DNA of 64,000 nucleotides, taken from NCBI GenBank assembly GCA_035481975.1, contig DATHRC010000008.1, forward strand, positions 15,877 to 79,876, in the 5' to 3' direction. Origin of the DNA: Steroidobacteraceae bacterium (GTDB lineage Bacteria; Pseudomonadota; Gammaproteobacteria; Steroidobacterales; Steroidobacteraceae). The notes beneath the pieces were generated by a model. The model had not been told where the DNA came from, did not search any database, and worked only from the letters and a program-made list of their open reading frames with translations. Positions 60,187 to 64,000 of this stretch are shown here, piece by piece. The position numbers and the translations under genes are program-made. How positions within the stretch are numbered: the stretch's first letter is position 1; every line of letters starts with the position of its first letter.

Positions 60187-61885
60187 CGGACGGCTCCGTG
60201 TGCGTCAGGGGCAGCGTCAGGGTGAAGGTGGCCCCCTGGCCCGGCCCGGCACTCTCGCCCAGCAGCGAACCGCCCAGGTCCTTGGCCGCAAGCGCGCAGC
60301 TGTGCAGCCCAAAGCCGTGGCCATCCTTGCGCGTGGTGAAGCCGTGATTGAAGATTCGCTCCAGGTTTTCCTGCGGGATGCCGCAGCCGGTGTCGATGAC
60401 GGCGATCGACATCACCCCGTCCGCCGCGCCGACCCGCACCGTCACGCGCTTGACCGTGCCGGGGCCCTCGTCGCAGGCGTACTTGGCATTGCGGATGAGG
60501 TTGACCAGGATCTGCAGCACCTTGTGCTTGTCGACCTGGATCGGCGGCACTTCCTTGAAATCGCGTACCAGCACCACGCCGTGGCGGCTGAAGGCTCCCT
60601 CGTTCATCCGCAGGCTGTCCTCGACCAGTGTGCAGATATCGACGATGTCGGTGATGCCGCCACGCCGCGCGTAGCTCTGCTGCACCGAGACGATCTCCTT
60701 GATGTGCTCGACGTTGCTGCGCAGCGCCGTGAGCTCTTCGACCGCCGCCTCGCGCTCCGCGGAAAGCTCGCTGGCAAGCTCCTGGAGATAGGCCGGCAGC
60801 CGCCGCCCCTGCGCACCGCTGAGGAACGCGGCGAGGTTGTCGGCATGCTCGGAGAGCAGGCTGGCGACCCGCGCAAGTCCGGTGGATCTGGATTTCTTGA
60901 TGCGCTCGCTGATGAGGCTCGCCGACACGTTGACGCTGTTCAGGACATTGCCGACGTTGTGCAGCACGTTGGTCGCCACTTCCGCCATGCCCGCCTGGCG
61001 CGAAGCGAGCAGCAGCTGCTTGTGCACGCCCTCGAGCTCCTGCTCGGCGAGCCGCCGCTCGGTGATGTCCTGGACGACCACGACGGCGCCGAGCGACTCG
61101 CGGGCGGGCCCGACCAGACGCCGCGAGCTGGCCAGCACGGTGCGCATCGCGCGATCCGGTCGGACGATGATGAACTCCTCATCGCTCACCTCGGTGCCAG
61201 CCATGGCACGCGCCAGCGGACGCTGCTCACGCGACACCGGGGTGCTGCCGTCCGGGAGGAACACCTGGGAAGTGATGGGGTAGGGACTGCGCGTAGCGGA
61301 GCCGCGCGCCTCTTCGGCCGGGATGCCAAACAGCTCGATGGCGGCGCGGTTGTAATGCGTCACCTTGCCATTGATGTCGCAGGCGAGCAGCCCGAGCGGG
61401 AGCTCGGCGATCACGGTGGCGAGCAGCGTCTGGTTCTGCACCAGGGCGATCGCCATCTCCTTGCGCGCGGAGATGTCACGCAGGAACTCGACCGAGCACT
61501 CCGGCTCCTGCCCGCCGCCGCGCACCAGCGAGGTGGTCACCCGCACCCACAGCGCGCTGCCGTCCCTGCGCAGATAGCGCCGCTCGACGTCCAGATGAGG
61601 GATCTCGCCGCGCCACAGCCGCTCGAGGCCTAAGGTGGTGGACTCGAGATCCTCCGCCACCGTGAGGGTGGCGATCGATCTGCCGTCGAGCTCCGCGTTA
61701 CTGAAGCCGAGCATCGCGCAGAAGGCGCGGTTGCAGTGACGATAAGTGCCGTCGCGGTTGGCGAAGGCGATGCCGATGGGCGCGTGCTCGACGGTATTGC
61801 GGAAGAGTGTCTCGACATGCGCCGGCGCACCGCCGCTCTCAAGCAGCGCATGCAGCTGCGCAGCATTGATGCTGGCCGTGCTCAT
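60179..61885 (-). CDS. PAS-domain sensor histidine kinase (cytoplasmic; no TM segment seen)
   Basis: The start was moved to ATG 61885 (verified). Three PAS-like segments are visible by eye. The H-box region reads MAEVATNVLHNVGNVLNSV. The HATPase_c motifs are NLIRNAKYA, DTGCGIP and GHGFGLH. Confidence 0.85.
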   Translation of the reverse strand: MSTASINAAQLHALLESGGAPAHVETLFRNTVEHAPIGIAFANRDGTYRHCNRAFCAMLGFSNAELDGRSIATLTVAEDLESTTLGLERLWRGEIPHLDVERRYLRRDGSALWVRVTTSLVRGGGQEPECSVEFLRDISARKEMAIALVQNQTLLATVIAELPLGLLACDINGKVTHYNRAAIELFGIPAEEARGSATRSPYPITSQVFLPDGSTPVSREQRPLARAMAGTEVSDEEFIIVRPDRAMRTVLASSRRLVGPARESLGAVVVVQDITERRLAEQELEGVHKQLLLASRQAGMAEVATNVLHNVGNVLNSVNVSASLISERIKKSRSTGLARVASLLSEHADNLAAFLSGAQGRRLPAYLQELASELSAEREAAVEELTALRSNVEHIKEIVSVQQSYARRGGITDIVDICTLVEDSLRMNEGAFSRHGVVLVRDFKEVPPIQVDKHKVLQILVNLIRNAKYACDEGPGTVKRVTVRVGAADGVMSIAVIDTGCGIPQENLERIFNHGFTTRKDGHGFGLHSCALAAKDLGGSLLGESAGPGQGATFTLTLPLTHTEPSDG

Positions 61886-62178
61886 CGGACCCTGGGCGCG
61901 TCCGGGGGGGCAAGCCGCGACAAAAAAACGGTGCTCATCGGGGACACTTGCGCGCAGACCTCCGGTGCTCCAGCGCCACCGCAAGAAAACGGCTTAACTA
62001 CATAAGCTGGGGGGAAATTGCAGCACGGCGGGCGGGCGGGAACAGCGAACTGGGTCGCAGCCGCTGCGCCGCGCCGGCCTCACTCCGTGAAGCCGGTCCC
62101 GCTTTGCAAGATCAGCAGCCTGGGAATTCGCGGAGCGTCAACGCAATAGCCAAGCTGTCGGTGCGCCCATCGAGCCCA

Positions 62179-62721
62179 TTAGCGGAAGTACCAGGCCAGG
62201 GAGATCCCCGCATAGGTGATGCCGTCATTCGGGTGGTTGAGGCCACCGTTGGAGAAATGCTGGCCGGTGAGAGCGATCTCATACTGACGTCGACCGCCGA
62301 AGCTCAGACCGGTCCGCAGCAACTCGGTAAACTCGAAGTCGCCGCCGAGGTGACGCGTTCCGGCAATGGTGGTCTCCGTGAAACCGCTGAGGCCGAGCCC
62401 AAACTCGATAAATGGCGTAACGGCCGGCGTCGCGGTGCGCTGCCAGCGCAGCTTCGGCACGACCGCGAGCGCGTGCGTGGTGTTGTAATGCGAAGACGAG
62501 CGATGACCCTGGAATTCACTCACGCCCAGATCGAGGTGACTGGTGAGCGTCCAGCGGGCATATTGGTGCAGCGGTGCGCGACGGTCGAGCTGCACGGCGA
62601 TCGCATACAGGTCGGCACCCTGGCCGTAGCCGACGGTGACACGCACCGCATCCGCGTGCGCGGTCGCGGCGCAGGCCGCAGCGAGCAGCGCGCCGAGGAG
62701 TAACCGCCGCAGGCAGCCCAT
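62179..62721 (-). CDS. pagL: lipid A 3-O-deacylase-like outer-membrane acyloxyacyl hydrolase
   Basis: 180 aa with a signal peptide. It is a small 8-strand-barrel-sized protein with HFSNGGL (a His/Ser catalytic pair context) near the C-terminus, ending ...SLAWYFR. Confidence 0.75.
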   Translation of the reverse strand: MGCLRRLLLGALLAAACAATAHADAVRVTVGYGQGADLYAIAVQLDRRAPLHQYARWTLTSHLDLGVSEFQGHRSSSHYNTTHALAVVPKLRWQRTATPAVTPFIEFGLGLSGFTETTIAGTRHLGGDFEFTELLRTGLSFGGRRQYEIALTGQHFSNGGLNHPNDGITYAGISLAWYFR

Positions 62722-62898
62722 GACGCCAAGCCCTAGTTCGACGCACTGACACGAGTTGACTCAACGGCTGCCGTCAGATGAGCGCTTCCTTGCGATTGAA
62801 TTTCCACGGACGCAACTTTGATGATATGTCGTGCGGCAGTCGAGCGACACATCCCAACATGTCCGACTGTCACTGATTTAGTGTTAGGGGTATTCCCG

Positions 62899-63450
62899 AT
62901 GCGTAAAGTCGCCGTGATTGTTGGAAGTCTGTCGAGCAAATCGATCAACCGCAGTCTCGCTCGAGCTCTCGCAGCTCTGGCCACGCCGCGGCTCGAGTTC
63001 CACGAAGTGGATCTCAGCGATCTGCCGATGCTCAACAGTGAATTTCAGAACGAGCCGCCGCCGCCGGTGTGGCGCATGAAAAAGGAAATCGAAGCGGCCG
63101 ATGCGGTACTCATCGTCAGCCCCGAGAACAATCGCTCGGTACCGGCGGTGCTGAAGAACGCGATCGACTGGGGGTCGCGCCCCTGGGGCAAGAACTCCTG
63201 GGCCGACAAGCCCGGCGCGATCATCGGCGCCTCGACCGGCCAGATCGGTACGGCGGTGGCGCAACAGCACCTGCGCACCATTCTCTCGCCGCTCAAGGTG
63301 CTGCTCATGGGGCAGCCGGAAGCCTATATCCAGCTGAAGCCGGGCATGATCGATGATGCTTACCGCGTCAGCGACGAGGGTTTACGTAAGGTGCTGCAGA
63401 GCTATGTCGATGCCTTTATCCTGTGGATCGAGAGGAACCTGAGCCATTGA
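62899..63450 (+). CDS. NAD(P)H-dependent FMN reductase (ChrR/flavodoxin-like)
   Basis: The start was moved to ATG 62899 (verified), giving MRKVAVIVGSLSSKSINRSLA. SPENNRSVPAVLKNAIDWGSRP is also present. Confidence 0.85.
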   Translation: MRKVAVIVGSLSSKSINRSLARALAALATPRLEFHEVDLSDLPMLNSEFQNEPPPPVWRMKKEIEAADAVLIVSPENNRSVPAVLKNAIDWGSRPWGKNSWADKPGAIIGASTGQIGTAVAQQHLRTILSPLKVLLMGQPEAYIQLKPGMIDDAYRVSDEGLRKVLQSYVDAFILWIERNLSH

Positions 63451-63935
63451 GAATACCGACGCTCTTCATCGATCGCGACGGCACCCTGATCGAGGAGCCT
63501 GCCGACAACCAGGTCGACAGCCTGGCGAAGATCCGCTTCATGCCCGGGGTGTTTGCCGCCCTTACCGAGCTCGCGCAGCGCTACCGACTGGTCATGGTGA
63601 CCAACCAGAATGGGCTTGGCAGCCCGGGTTTCCCGTGGGCCGCGTTCAATGAAGCCCACGAGTTCGTGCTCGACGCGTTGCGCTCCCAGGGGATCCGCTT
63701 CGAGAAGGTGTTCGTCTGTCCGCATGGCGCGAGCGAGGGGTGCGGCTGCCGCAAGCCGCGCACCGGGCTGGTGGAGGCTTACCTGCGCGAGCAGCCGATC
63801 GAGCTGGTGGCGATGATCGGCGACCGGGACACGGACCTTGAGTTCGCGGCGAACCTCAGGACCCGCGGGCTGCGGGTGCGCATCGACGGTACTGCCGATG
63901 AGACGTGGCCCGCCGTGGTGCGGCAGCTCACGTGA
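63423..63935 (+). CDS. HAD-IIIA phosphatase, HisB-N-terminal-domain-like (histidinol-phosphatase / GmhB family)
   Basis: FIDRDGTLIEEPADNQVDS, LVMVTNQNGLG, the zinc-loop motif CPHGASEGCGCRKP and IGDRDTDLEFAAN are present, colinear with the E. coli HisB N-domain. The start is uncertain: GTG 63423, or TTG 63447 which overlaps the reductase stop. Confidence 0.8.
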   Translation: MDREEPEPLRIPTLFIDRDGTLIEEPADNQVDSLAKIRFMPGVFAALTELAQRYRLVMVTNQNGLGSPGFPWAAFNEAHEFVLDALRSQGIRFEKVFVCPHGASEGCGCRKPRTGLVEAYLREQPIELVAMIGDRDTDLEFAANLRTRGLRVRIDGTADETWPAVVRQLT

Positions 63936-64000
63936 TTTTGCGCATTCTCACGCTGAATAACATCAGCTCAAGCGGACTTTCCCGGTTTCCTGCCGAGCGT

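Noticed and set aside
12154-62703. Other long shadow ORFs, including 16533..17723(-), 17992..19287(-), 19480..20739(-), 21763..22854(-), 23317..24612(-), 26789..28081(+) and 28573..29943(+). The same class includes 30112..31176(+), 31663..33546(+), 33765..36092(+), 38025..39485(+) and 46017..47894(+). It also includes 47773..49065(+), 50384..51547(-), 51427..52794(-), 55163..56377(-), 60161..61633(+) and 61948..62703(+).
   Set aside because: Each lies antisense to, or out of frame within, a gene with strong family motifs. Their composition is the Arg/Gly/His/Asp-rich pattern of non-coding frames in GC-rich genomes. None has a plausible ribosome-binding site or signal that I could see.
63423-63450. 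The overlap between the FMN reductase 3' end and the HAD phosphatase ORF, considered as a possible frameshifted fusion or pseudogene.
   Set aside because: Both reading frames give complete, colinear family members. The phosphatase most likely starts at TTG 63447 or GTG 63423, so this is a normal short overlap or coupled start rather than a disruption.
1-64000. A search by eye for CRISPR arrays, tRNA/rRNA genes, IS elements, integrases, phage genes and known defence-system hallmarks.
   Set aside because: I saw no regularly spaced direct repeats, cloverleaf-like or rRNA-like conserved stretches, transposase or integrase motifs, or terminal inverted repeats. The only AT-richer patches (about 21655-21690, 37091-37200, 62740-62900) are short intergenic promoter-like regions. 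A computational scan (tRNAscan-SE, Infernal, ISfinder, DefenseFinder) would be needed to exclude small elements.

Overview
This is a very GC-rich, gene-dense chromosomal segment from a Gram-negative proteobacterium; I did not compute G+C, but by eye it is well above 60%. The Gram-negative call rests on a TonB-dependent receptor, PagL, TolC/HlyD-type parts and twin-arginine and lipoprotein signal peptides. I call 45 protein-coding genes. One of them, at the left edge, is missing from the ORF track because it is open-ended. I saw no rRNA, tRNA, CRISPR array, transposase, integrase or phage genes. About half of the long ORFs in the six-frame track are GC-driven antisense shadows or upstream extensions of real genes, so several starts were moved to internal ATG/GTG/TTG codons that I checked against the DNA.

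Layout:
- 1-10.6 kb: an exported glycoside-hydrolase block. Four minus-strand genes are abutting or overlapping (uncharacterised (alpha/alpha)6-like enzyme, GH65, GH31, GH13), and a GH127-like gene is divergent from them.
- 10.6-21.4 kb: ordinary metabolic and envelope genes (phosphatase, DMT transporter, trans-sulfuration enzyme, methyltransferase, M13 peptidase, S1/P1 nuclease, a cfa-like operon, an orphan NarL-type regulator).
- 21.9-37.1 kb: the most unusual region. A 1133-aa clan-SB peptidase has sedolisin-like active-site motifs. It is convergent with a four-gene operon encoding only large exported DUF11/SdrD-B-type repeat proteins. One of these (1929 aa) ends in an usher-sized beta-rich outer-membrane-like module. 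I read this operon as a candidate undescribed surface-fibre/adhesin assembly system.
- 37.4-50.2 kb: mixed genes (an RHH-GNAT pair, APC permease, GMC oxidoreductase, DUF2182/DUF899, TonB receptor, aldehyde dehydrogenase, GST).
- 50.4-56.4 kb: a second notable system. A translationally coupled operon encodes a six-CxxC zinc-ribbon protein with a degenerate GGDEF domain, a GT2 processive synthase, a TolC-like protein fused to a TIM-barrel-like domain, and a HlyD adaptor. This looks like a tripartite synthase-dependent exopolysaccharide secretion machine, probably under c-di-GMP control.
- 56.5-64 kb: thioredoxin-like protein, GDPD, a PAS histidine kinase with a REC-GGDEF-EAL regulator, PagL, an FMN reductase and a HisB-N-like phosphatase.

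All family calls come from motif recognition by eye. No database search was run.
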